From Macrostomum lignano (taxonomy: Eukaryota), in NCBI GenBank assembly GCA_002269645.1, contig NIVC01000921.1:186001-250000 (forward strand): 64,000 nt of DNA, given 5' to 3'. Below the pieces are notes generated by a model that did no database searches, was not told the DNA's origin, and saw nothing but the letters and a program-made list of their open reading frames with translations. This document shows positions 40,001 to 51,528 of this stretch, in pieces; position 1 is the stretch's first letter; every line of letters begins with the position of its first letter. Position numbers and translations under genes: made by a program.

Positions 40001-43000
40001 GGGTTGGTCGGCTTGCGATGCCATTTTGTCTGGGAGACTTTTCCGGGGTGGTTGTGTCAGAGAGGGGCGACTTTTCCGGGGTGGTTGTGTCAGAGAGGGG
40101 CGACTTTTCCGGGGTGGTTGTGTCAGAGAGGGGCGACTTTTCCGGGGCGATTGTGTCAGAGAGGGGCGAATTTTCCGGGGTGGTTGTGTCAGAGAGGGGC
40201 GACTTTTCCGGGGCGATTGTGTCAGAGGGGCGAATTTTCCGGGGCGATTGTATCAGAGGGGGCGATTTTCTGGGGCGGTTGTGTCAGAGGGGCGATTTTC
40301 TGGAGTGTGTCAGACAGTGGTTGTGTCAGGGTTGTCAAACAGTGGTTGTGTCAGGGTTGTCAAACAGTGGTTGTGTCAGGGTTGTCAAACAGTGGTTGTC
40401 TCAGGGTTGTCAGTGTGGTTGTGTCAGGTTTGTCAGACAGTGGTTGTGTCAGGGTTGTCAGAGAGTGGTTGTGTCAGGGTTGTCAGTGTGGTTGTGTCAG
40501 ATGGCTGGCTCATGTTGCTTGAACAACTTTACAGGGTGATTGTGTCTAAGAGCTCCCGCCAGACCTTTACTTTACTTCCAATAATTTAATAAACTTGACT
40601 ATAAAAGTACAAAACATACTTAATACCGATCGCAGTAAGTTATTCTACCAACCCAGTAATATCGAGAGTGTAGCCGCCATAGTCGTAGAACTGGCGCATG
40701 AGGTGGCAAGCGGACAGGTAGGCAATGGCAAATATGCAGGCGGCAAACCTGGCATAGCGCCTATCAGCATAGAGCATGATTAGCAGGCAGACTGTGCCCT
40801 GGAACAGCACATGCAGTATTTGACTAAAAAACGAATGGCAAATTGAGCGAGGCTCGTTTCAGGATGCAGTGATTGAATTATTGATAAATATTGGTTCCAA
40901 CTCACTGTCCAAAGCAGAACAGACAGAGCAGGCAGCCAACCACAAAAGACACGGCATATCTGGCCATATTGGAGCTGCCTGGCTCTGCAGCAAAGTACTT
41001 TTGAAATGGCCTGCCAAGTGCGATGGCTACTAGCTGGCAGACAATGAAGTTCAACTAAAATATTAATTAGATTAGCAATGTCTTATGGCATTCACAAAAA
41101 TCAATATCTGAATGCAATAATACCAAAGAATAATTTTACAAGCTACAAGTATCTAAGGTTTAAAATTGCATTTACAAGCAATTTAGACACTATTTAATAT
41201 GATCAACTGTCCTTTCATAATGTTTTTATCTTGTAGATAAACATTTGAAAATTTGAAAAAATAAAATCAAGATTTAATTTTTATGCTATATAACTTGCTT
41301 ATTAAATAGAATTTTTTGCAATTATGAGCAATCCAACAAACTTATTGAATGGTCTCATGACTTTAAACTAAAAATTGCAAGGCAATAGCTAGCTTTATAG
41401 CATGTTTTTATTATTATTTTTTGTTATTCTTATTATTATTATTGCATACACATCACTTTCTATACCCACATAGCACTTTAGGCAAGTTCTATTCTTTTAA
41501 GGTATCCTTGGTCTTATAGTCCTCATTATTTTATTGGCTAATATATGGTTTGCTAATTTAAACTATGATAGGTGTATACCTTAATTCTATATTGGAAATT
41601 TCTATGGATATTTTGGTTGATTAATTCATAATTATATGCAAAATGAAATATTCACATTTGCAAATAATTTTTAAAAAAATTTCTATACCTTTGATGACCC
41701 TATCATGGAATAACCCTAATACTATTTGGAGTTGTAGTAAGTAGTTTTGCTCTGCAGAGTTCTTTACTACAAGGCAGCAAAACAAATGACACTCTAAATT
41801 ATGTAGTATACACCTAAAAATTTATATGCCCAAAAATTATTGCAATATCTTTGAATGTCAAAAATAAATGTGCATACTTGGCATGCATCAATCCTAAGAA
41901 AATAGTAGATGTGCACACCTTGTATGCACCTTGTAGAATCACACAGAAAAGTTAATACTAAATAAAAAACAATTTAAAAAGTTTAATTTAAGCATAAATT
42001 TCAAGCTTTTCAAGCTTTTTAGGTCTTGAAAGATTATATTAAAGTATTTGAACAAATCTTTCTGTGTATCATTTTTGCTATAAATAATATAAGCAAAAAA
42101 AGCCAAAAAATTAACCAAATTATTAGCCAGAAAAGTTTTTTATACTACTAAAAAGATTATTTTTTGTTATAATATAAAAAGGTCATTTATTATTGCAATA
42201 TTAACATCAATTTAAGAGTGTGAGCAGTCAATCAATTTTTGGCATGTATTTATAATTATTCAATGTTTTTAGGCATGTACCTAGCATGATCCAGACTATG
42301 GGCTAAAATTTGGATGCATGTTTTCACTTTTAAACATACATACGCAACAATTGGCCAAGTTGGCCAATCTGACAAACTAATTTGGTGGCCAACCAAGGAA
42401 GTTGCAAAAATTCCCACCAAAAAACCCAAGTAGAACTAAGTAGCTGGTGTAGGACCAAGACCGCCACACACCAAGACCGCCACACTTGGGGGAGCTAGGG
42501 GGGAGGAATTTGGCTCGTCATGTTATTGGATGGTGCTGGGGAGGGGTGAGATGGGGACGACAAGGCCGCGAGAGAGGAACCGGTGAGTGAGCGGGCCGGG
42601 TGGGTGCGAGACCGTGAGTGAGCCCTCGTTTTTTTCATTCAATTTGAATTGTAAAGGAACTATCAATCCTAAATAAACAGCTACTTTTAGTAGAAAGCTG
42701 TGAAAAAAGGCTCTTGACTTAACTACATTCTTAATTCGCAGTTTTGAATGTGGTCCTTGAGTTGGTTGTCATTGTTATAATTTGTTATAATGTTAGTTTT
42801 CATGTGTGATTCGAGCATGTTCGATTGCCAATGTGCCATTGGTGAGTCGTGCAGCCATACCGTTTTTATTACGTGTACATGTACAGGCTTCCTATAAAAC
42901 GACACTCAAGTAGTCCGTGATATGTACTAGCTGGGCCTCGATCGAGTTGTACCGAGGCCTGGTAAGCAGCTTTCATATACTCACTTTTGAATCACTCAAT

Positions 43001-46000
43001 CACTATATAACTCACTCACTCTCTCACCCTCTCATTTAGCTCACTCGCTCACTCACTCGCACACATGATCACTCACTCAAAAGTTACTGTGATCGCTCTT
43101 AATACAATCAAAATGTATGGCACGAAAATGCATGTACATCACATGTACATGTAATCGTTTACTTTGATTTCGGATGTTCTCCCTGTTCATTAAAAAATAC
43201 GTTCTAAAACTATTTGAACGTATAATAGCTATAAATGTACATTTGTACATCACATTGGGTACCAGTAGTATACTCGTGCTTGTACGCCGTTCTGACCATA
43301 CAACAGCCGGACAGTATGTCGCTACACTACTTGCTTTTAATTTACCATGCAATCAATTGGCAATGATCGACCTGGTATACAGTATGCGCATTGTGTGATA
43401 GATACAGGTACATGTATATCCATGCTCTGTACAGCTAAATTGGATTAGGAAATAATCTCTCGAGGTCTCTCTTTAATTATCTCACACTGTCTCCTCTCTC
43501 ACCCTCCCTCCACTCTCACCCTCTCTCCACTCTCAGCCTCTCTCCACTTTCAGTCTCTCTTTACTTTCAGCCTCTCTCCACTTTCAGCCTCTCTTTACTC
43601 TCACCCTCTACTCTCAGTCTCTTTCAACTCTCACCCTCTCTCCACTCTCATCCTCTCTTCACTCAGTCTCTTTCAGCGGTCTTTGAGCGGTTTACAAGGA
43701 CGAACAATGCCGTGGAGGCTTGGCACGCGCAGCTCAACAAGCGTGGAGAGAAAGCGCTCAATTTCTATCTTCTGCTGACCCTGCTTCAGCGTGATGCAGA
43801 GCGGGTGCAACGTCTGCTGCAGCAAGTTCATCAAGGCCAAGCTGTCACGCACCACCAGCAAGTGCATGCTAGGTACGCGCGAGTGAATGTCAGCTTTGAG
43901 ACATTCTGCCGACACCTGAGAGAGGGCACTATGTCGATTGCCGCATTTCTCCGGGCCTGCAGCCATATTCATGCGCAACCTGGATGGCAACAAGAGGGCG
44001 AGGATGATGCGCAGCAGAATTGATCGCGATCTCTCCGTTTTGCCTGATTCAAGTGGCAACTTCTAATAATTAACCATTTTACTTAAATCGAGTTATAAAT
44101 CTCATTTCATTGCTTGCTTAGCAAATAGTGCACAGGTAAAGCCATTAATTATTACCGTCTAACTAATGCCATCTTTTTTCGCACGCCATTATATTCTGCA
44201 CTTTTATTTCAGTCCATATGCGGCGCACAGGTAAATGCCATCTTTTTTCGCACGCCATTATATTCTGCACTTTTATTTCAGTCCATATGCGGCGCACAGG
44301 TAAATGCCATCTTTTTTCGCACGCCATTATATTCTGCACTTTTATTTCAGTCCATATGCGGCGCACAGGTAAAAAAGAAAAAATTTGCGCATTCGCTAAA
44401 TTTGCATGCATCTTATTTACTGCACCTTCAGTTTTATTTCTCTGCACCCCCTGCTGGATTGTGGAGGCGGGGGCACATTTGGCTTGTGAGCGCTAATAAC
44501 AAGATCTTCAACTTTTACACCGTGCTTAAAGCGAAATGTGCTGCCAGCTCCATAGGTCATCTCGAGCCCTAACTCAATGTGGCACTTATTTATATTTAAT
44601 CTCTAATCCAAATATACTAAATCTCTAAGGTTTGTATGTTTGCTTGTCCATAACGCTCTAGTAGTATGCTAAAATTACTATATCTGCATGTACTAATGAG
44701 GTAGAACTAGATTGCACAATCACTGTTCAAACTGCACACAGAATAGCCTGCGCAAAAAAGTTCAAATTAATTTCAATACACGACCCCATCTCTGTCTGTG
44801 ACCCCTCTCTACTACATCTTTGTCTCTCCTGCATCGAAGTTCTGATAGTTTAAATCAAAGCGACTTCTTTTCCAGCTTTGCATAACACTATCTGCATAAA
44901 TTAGCTACTCCAGCAATAGCATATTGTCGGGCAAGGTAACAAAAATTTATCACTTTTTTAGAATGAATGCATTGACAGCTGGCTTGGTCAGCCAACTGTC
45001 TCAGGGTTGTTATTAAATCAAGATAAAAAGCAAATACTCCACCCAGTTACCACGAATAGATCGAATAGTAACAAAAAACAGCTGTACTTGACTTTTATCT
45101 CTTATAGGTTCTGACTTCATCGCTATAGCTATAGCTACATGCAACGGCCGTGCATTTTTAATACCAAGCCATAAATCTTGAACGGAACGAGGGGCGTACT
45201 CAAAAAATTTAGGGGGGGGGGGGGTTGTTACGGAGAGAGGTGGCACTGGCAGACCCCGGAATTTTCCTCCCTCGACCCCTCCCCCTCTGGGTGCAACCCC
45301 TGAACTGCATGGACTCGAGTCGAGCTTAAAAAACTGTTTGTATACATAACTGTGAGTTCCAATTAACGTACTGAATTCAAGAGGAGGGCACAAAAAAGAT
45401 TTGGATAGTAACGCATTTTTTACGAGGGGCCGGCGTTAGTGATATAGCTATCAAATATTCCAAAATAGCTGCAGGTAATAAATATTAGTGTGATGCAATT
45501 GAATTTCCGAGCAACGTATGTGGGCGCGGCATCTATATTGTAGTTGGTGTTCCCATGTGTAGAAGTGCAACCAAACAAGGCCCCCGGATCTGCCAAGTGC
45601 AGCATGAGCATGAGGTCATGACCTCAGAATAACATACAAACTTTGATGGGACTAAAAGTTGCATTCCAGATGGGACTATGTAAAATAAAAAAATGATTAT
45701 GCCTTTGGTCCGATCTTATGGTATTTTGCATATTTCGAACGCATGTCCGCATAGTAGCTACATGTACTACTGTACTAACAGATAAATGCAAGCATTTTGC
45801 AAAAGTATGCAACCATTGTTTTCTCACAATTTGTTCGCAAATCTCCCTTCCATCTGCCCTATCCACTGATATCTTCAAGGTTGCAGGTTTTTTCACCAAA
45901 TTCCAGCATCTCCACCGCATGGACTCCTGAAATATAAACGGAGCGAGCAGCTTATACGAGTTTATGCCGGTGCCCTTCCCAAAGTTGATTGGCAAGATTT

Positions 46001-48372
46001 AGAAAAATATGTTCTTCGCTAATATCACATCTTTCTAATATATCACATCACACCACATTACTTATTTGCGAGCGGCAAGGCTACATGCAGTTTGTGCTTT
46101 ACTCGTAAAAACGGCTTTGATTTCGCAAATATTTCCTTTTGCATAACACTGAATGTGATTTCAGCTGCGGAAATTTCAAAAAATTTGACTGCTATTGATA
46201 ATTCCTGATCGGCTAGAAAAAACGTCACAGATAGAATGGATAACGTGTACATGTACATGTATCTTGCACTTATATGCACATACGTGCATCTCACATGTAT
46301 TACATGTATTATATTACATGTATCAAGAAGTTTGGTACATGTATATTTTGGAGAGATGTCAGAATGTCAGAATCAGTATTTATCGATCAGTACCCTTTGA
46401 AAAAATGCATGTACATGTAGCTCACACTGTACCTGTGCAAAGTTGCCGCAGTGCGCGAGAGTAAACTATATTTGCATTTAAAAATCGGAGGCAAAAGATC
46501 AAATGTGTGAAAAATGCTGTAATTTGTGTATTATAGTGCCTGAAATTCAGAAATGAATTAAAAGCGCGAGAATGAGTGAGTGAGAGAGAAAGCGAGAATA
46601 TAGGAGTGAGGGTGAGAGAGTGAGTGAGTGAGTGAGTGAGAGAGAGTGAGTGAGAGAGAAAGCGAGAATATAGGAGTGAGGGTGAGAGAGTGAGTGAGTG
46701 AGTGAGAGAGTGAGTGAGTGAGTGAGAGAGAGTGAGAGAGAGAGAAAGCGAGAATATAGGAGTGAGGGTGAGAGTGAGTGAGTGAGAGAGAGAGAAAGAG
46801 AGAGAGTGAGTGAGTGAGTGAGTGAGAGAGTGAGTGAGTGAGTGAGTGAGAGAGTGAGTGAGTGAGTGAGTGAGTGAGTGAGTGAGTAAGTGAGTGAGTG
46901 AGAGAGAGTGAGTGAGAGAGAAAGCGAGAATATAGGAGTGAGGGTGAGAGAGTGAGTGAGTGAGAGAGAGAGAAAGAGAGAGAGTGAGTGAGTGAGTGAG
47001 TGAGTGAGTGAGTGAGAGAGTGAGTGAGTGAGTGAGTGAGTGAGTGAGTGAGTAAGTGAGTGAGTGAGAGAGAGTGAGTGAGAGAGAAAGCGAGAATATA
47101 GGAGTGAGGGTGAGAGAGTGAGTGAGTGAGAGAGAGAGAAAGAGAGAGAGTGAGTGAGTGAGTGAGTGAGAGATCTCCTAACCCCCGGATCCATATATTC
47201 TCTCAAATTACATGTGCATGTACATTTACTCTCATCCCCTCCCTTTGCTTTCACCAAAATTCTCGCTTTGAGTACACAATAAAATACACACAATAATGCT
47301 CGTACATTTACACAGACATTCTCATAGGCATTGGGCCTAAGATGCGCTTTTTCTGTTATGTGAGTGAACGATAGTGGTTAACTTGCTTTCGTCAAAGTAC
47401 ATGTAAACCTTCGTCAAAATGAATGGCACCTCTAAATCCACGTACCATAGCACAATATCAAGCCGCTAGATTTGTTTGTCCGTAATAATGCACTAGACGC
47501 ACCCAGACGCCGAATATACACTCAAATAATCGTGCGAGCTCGTAAAAAAACTTTTCAAATTACAGCAACTTGCAATTGAACTTTTGAGAGGCTTTTTGAA
47601 AGTGAAGTTAAAATTAATTACTCAAGCTTTTGCCCTCAAAAGCATTATTCATGCTCATCCACTGCTAAAAGTAACAAATTGTGCTTTTGTTAAAGATATT
47701 TTTAAAATTGCCCTTGTTGACTTGCAATCGTTTTGGGCCACTTAATTATTCATCTTATTCCTGACCAATCTTGGGACGCTTCTTCCTCATCTAACTCCAC
47801 AACCCATCACAACCAATAGCAATGCTGGAAGATTGGTAGCTCCCCCTCAATTCCAGTAGCCAGTAAGAGCTGTGGCGGTCTTGGTGTGTGGCGGTCTTGG
47901 TCATGCGCCAAGTAGCTAACAAGGCATTCTGACTTAATGAGACAGTCATAGTTATTCCTGCTGTTTACCCAAAGTTGCGTTAATTTTGCTTTAGGGTTTT
48001 TTTACATGTAAGTCGCATTTTTGGCCAAAAACTAAGTCGCATAGCTGACCAAATTTTGGAGGTTGCACATGTATGCCTTTAAAGAAAATTTAAATCCCTA
48101 GAATTAAGGATTAAGATAGGGTTAGGATGATAAAGGCTAAATTTAAGATGAATGTTTTCACTTTTAATGTGAGGCAAGCTTTCAAAACCCTAGAATCAGG
48201 GACTCAAGCAATAAAGACAAGAATGTTTAATACTATACTAGTATCTGCAACTAGTAAATATTTATATTATCAATTTATGCAAAAACAATTAAAAACATCT
48301 TTTTGAAATTTAAACTTACCTTGTCTACAGTCAATCCAGTATACGGTACAAATGGTGACAACAAATAACTAC
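34029..48372 (-). CDS. MBOAT1/2 (oysgedart)-like lysophospholipid acyltransferase: join(48320..48372,40906..41054,40653..40823,39799..39990,39576..39708,38901..39024,38166..38264,36036..36142,35746..35946,35420..35571,34029..34155); start exon not identified
   Basis: Exons are in phase with GT-AG ends. Motifs: [14 protein letters not shown]|[20 protein letters not shown]|[29 protein letters not shown]...[42 protein letters not shown] (catalytic Asn/His). Confidence 0.92.
34198..34585. repeat. 31-bp minisatellite (CACCGTTCACCGATCCCCATGTCACTGGGCA)n
   Basis: Period 31; last MBOAT intron. Confidence 0.95.
34590..35414. repeat. 27-bp minisatellite (CACAGAATTCACCAGTGTCACTAGATA)n
   Basis: Period 27; begins right after the donor at 35419. 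Confidence 0.96.
36200..38050. repeat. ~26-bp minisatellite (GATTTCCTTGTGATGATTTCTGTGGT)n
   Basis: MBOAT intron; source of the [10 protein letters not shown] ORFs. Confidence 0.96.
38480..38865. repeat. 16-bp minisatellite (ATCCCCAACCTTCACA/C)n
   Basis: MBOAT intron. Confidence 0.93.
39230..39510. repeat. 20-bp degenerate minisatellite (TATGAGGATGATGCCGTTGC)n
   Basis: MBOAT intron. Confidence 0.85.
40040..40500. repeat. 33-bp array (TTTTCCGGGGTGGTTGTGTCAGAGAGGGGCGAC) grading into a shorter GTGGTTGTGTCAGGGTT-type array
   Basis: MBOAT intron; both halves share the core GTGGTTGTGTCAG. Confidence 0.9.
43677..44023 (+). pseudogene. MULE transposase C-terminal exon fragment
   Basis: TTTCAG acceptor, then [21 protein letters not shown] (RTNNxxExWH motif downstream of the MULE DDE core); no upstream DDE exon seen. 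Confidence 0.8.
44163..44375. repeat. 69-bp tandem repeat, 3 copies
   Basis: ATGCC at 44166, 44235, 44304. Confidence 0.95.
46570..47172. repeat. (GAGT)/(GA)n array with a recurring AAAGCGAGAATATAGGAGTGAGG higher-order unit
   Basis: Inside the MULE; a short inverted counterpart lies at 42975-43080. Confidence 0.92.
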
Positions 48373-49224
48373 CTGAATAGAAATCAGACATACTAAGAAG
48401 TAAGAACTTTGAAAATGATTAAAATGGTATTATTATAAAAGTAACACAGAAAAACTGGACAGATAAGAATAATTCAAATAGATTCTAATAGAAGAACTGC
48501 AAGATTTTCTGCTTGTTCTTAGGCTTCAAGAATTAAAATTTTTATCCTAGACTACCTATATAGTATCTACTTTTAAAGGTAATGTAATGTTCGAATTAGG
48601 TCTAGAAATAAATTTCTATTTCTAATCTAAGGCCTATCTAGAATTTCTAAATTTCTGAAGGGTTTGCAAAAAATCTTAATATTTTGTCGATTAACAAGGA
48701 CGTTAAGACTTTATTTGAGACCTAGAGAACAGAATTGCTATTGCTTTCATGCATGCATCACCATTCGCGGTTGAACTTTTAAACCATGTCAGATGATGCG
48801 CTTGAACTGATGTAAGGTACATAAATTCAATCGGTATCGTTATTTCTAAAATTAAAAGAGAAAAACCGTATGCAACCCATTCTTATTTTAAATTTTAAAT
48901 ATTTTATACCTTTTTGCAACATTTCTTACAAAAGCCTTCAACAGAACTGAATTATAAGTACATAATTTGTTTATGTACAGTGGCTGGTAAGCTTGATAAT
49001 TTGCGAATCCAAAACCTGCACCGCTGGGCGCAGTAAGCGTACTTTGACGCTGAAATTTCCTCGGATAAGATGCCACAGCCTGTCAAATAATTTATAATCA
49101 AAATAATTCTAATACGAGTGTATAGAAGCATTTTCTATTAAGCATCTGAGTATTTCTACAGTCGTGTTTGTCTTAATTACATGTGTATACTACATGAACA
49201 TTAGGTCATTTACTGCTCCTTGTA

Positions 49225-50440
49225 CACCATTTTACCTCCTATTTTGAACAAAGTCTTGTTCAGAAGAAACAAGCAGAACTTCAATTCAAACACTTTAAAA
49301 AATAACAGCCTTTGTGGAACTTCAATTCAAACAATTAAAGTCCCTTTCTATTGAAACAGAAGAACTTCAAATATTCAGACTGTCTGTGGCCCAAATTGTC
49401 CCAGAATGACGCGCATGCGCAGATTTGAAATTCAAAAGAAACAAAGTCACATTCTATTTCGACAGAGATTTTTGCACATACATTTAGATACGAAAGTACA
49501 TTTTTAGTACATTAATCTATTTTTTTGTTTTTCCTGTACTGCATAACTGTACAATCGTTGCGCAATAAGAAACGATATGAATGCTGAAGATCAGATTGAA
49601 GAAGACGATCAATTGCTGGAAGAAGGGGGAATCGGTGAATTTAAAGCAGAATTCGATGAAGATATCATGGAACAGCAGCCTCGGCAGTACGCAATTGTAA
49701 GCAACAGTGACAGAGACCGTATCATCAGGGCTGCTGATCGTAGATGACTTTGTGGAACTGGCGCGCCAACTTGGAGTCAAGAGGTCAACAGCGTACACGA
49801 TTGTGAGGTCAGGGAGAGCGGAAAAGCAGCCTACGAGATTCCGGACTCCATTCAGGTCAAGCGGCTTCCACCATTTTGACTCCTGTGGAGAACTTAATCT
49901 CCTGTTGGAAGGCCGCTCTGAAGAGAGCAGACCAGCAAAATTTTATCGCTCCGATAGTTGAGTAGCACCGCAATCAGTCGATGGCGGCCTATCGGCGAGA
50001 CATTCTGTACAGCATGGTGGACAGAACCATTGGCTGCATCTCTGTGAACAAATGCATTGAGTGGTTCAACCATGTGTTTACATGCTTCGCTCGCTGCCTT
50101 GGCAACTGATGGTCAGGTGTCTCAAGTTGGCCAACTGACACTGTCTTATTCCTGTTTTTCATTTTACTCTTATGTTCGTCGATATGTTGTATTTTATCCC
50201 TTTGTCGAAATAGAATGTGACTTTGTTTCTTTTGAATTTTAAATCTGCGCATGCGCGTAATTCGGGGACAATTTTGGCCACAGACAGTCTGAATTGAATT
50301 TCTTCTGTTTCAATAGAAAGGGACTTTGTTTGAATTGAAGTTCCGCAAGCGCTAATGTTTCTTAAAGTGTTTGAACTGAAGTTCTGCTTGTTTCTTTTGA
50401 ACAAGACTTTGTTCAAAATACCATAGGAGGTAAAATGGTG
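49225..50440 (+). mobile_element. Internally deleted Tc1/mariner (IS630-like) element with ~245-bp TIRs
   Basis: TA-flanked long inverted repeats 49225-49470 / 50195-50440. Internal frameshifted HTH (SNSDRDRIIRAA..DDFVELARQLGVKRSTAYTIVR) and C-terminal CIEWFNHVFTCFARCL; DDE core missing. Confidence 0.85.
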
Positions 50441-51108
50441 TAGAAGCCATGTAAGCAAAATGGAGCTACTATCTCACATAAAAATTTATGTTTAACAAGT
50501 ATCTATGGTATAAATTATATTAATTTTCTAATAAGCATTAAACATCAAAAGTAAAACAAATTATGTATTTGCGTTTAAAATATACACGTAATAAAATTAT
50601 ATAACCATGAGGTATTTCCATGTACATGTATGAATAATTTATCTCTCAATTTATAAGCTATTTTCATATCATTAGTAAATTAAGATCGTATAATGACTAA
50701 CGATCCTACGACTAACGAACTAACGATAGTTTAACGAAATGGTGATTACAAATAGGTCCTATAAGAAAACGAATCAAGCTAACCTTATCGTTTAAGTAGT
50801 ACACACAGGAAGCAAACATGAAAAACAGCACATTTACATGTACAGAGAGAACATGGTTTATTGCAGAGAATCTAAACAAGTAATAGTGCTATTATAGCAT
50901 GCAAAACAATGGACACAATACTGTAAATACTGTGTACCAAAAGTATACAAATATTGAATACAAATATTCAACTACAATACTGAAACAATATTTATTCAAT
51001 CTATGCAATATGTCACTACTTGTATTTTCACGCTGAAATGACTGTCCCAGTCTTAAAGCGACTTAGTAAAAGTGGAGTACAGGAGGATATCAATGCCCCA
51101 CAGCGAGT

Positions 51109-51528
51109 TCACTGTTCATTAGCCTTCTCTGTTTCCATGGGAACGTCCTTCAGCTGCGGCTGCTCCCGAGCTGCCGGAGCCTCGAACGGCGCCTCGATGC
51201 ACAGTCGGCCATCGTGGCTGAGCTTGCTCACAACCTGGTCCAGCTTGGTGCCGTCGGGCAGCTGGTAGATTCGCTCCAGCCGCTTGTGGACCCGCTGCCC
51301 GCCGGCCTCCTCCTTGTGCTCCGCCTCCACCAGAACGCAGTCGCCCTGCTGTCGCACGCGAATCTCGTCCGGCTTGAACTCGCGCACCGACAGCTCCGCC
51401 TTGAACCGCTTGCTGCCATCGTCCGCCTCCACCAGCTGGCCGGACCCCTCAGACTGCAGGTCGCCTCGCAGCAGGCCGCGCAGCTCGTCCCACACGGAGT
51501 CGCCCTGCGGTTTCTGCTGCTGCTGCTG
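51109..51528 (-). CDS. Small heat-shock protein, 3' half (second alpha-crystallin domain), separated from its 5' half by the LINE
   Basis: QQQQQKPQGDSVWDELR...KRFKAELSVREFKPDEIRVR...VLVEAEH...LERIYQLPDG..LDQVVSKLSHDGRLCIEAP, stop at 51109; AATAAA on - near 50856-50861. Confidence 0.9.
   Translation of the reverse strand, partial: QQQQQKPQGDSVWDELRGLLRGDLQSEGSGQLVEADDGSKRFKAELSVREFKPDEIRVRQQGDCVLVEAEHKEEAGGQRVHKRLERIYQLPDGTKLDQVVSKLSHDGRLCIEAPFEAPAAREQPQLKDVPMETEKANEQ

Larger units (their letters stand above)
42446..47909 (+). mobile_element. Mutator-like (MULE) element, non-autonomous derivative
   Basis: TIRs GG..AGGACCAAGACCGCCACACACCAAGACCGCCACAC / GTGGCGGTCTTGGTGTGTGGCGGTCTTGGTCATGCGCC; perfect TSD AAGTAGCT (42438-45, 47910-17); internal transposase fragment. 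Confidence 0.85.
42335..48075. mobile_element. CATACATGCGCAAC-family MITE (~270 bp) expanded by a nested MULE
   Basis: Termini CATACATACGCAAC / GTTGCACATGTATG; 8-bp TSD CTTTTAAA (42327-34) vs CCTTTAAA (48076-83). Left and right ends align with those of 12094..14981, including the TAAGTCGCA motifs. Confidence 0.8.

Noticed and set aside
45190-45302. Small AGGGGCGTAC...GCAACCCCTG MITE
   Set aside because: Terminal similarity is weak and no TSD could be confirmed.
48888-49076. ORF MASYPRKF... as the MBOAT start exon
   Set aside because: No phase-1 donor or sequence similarity I could support.
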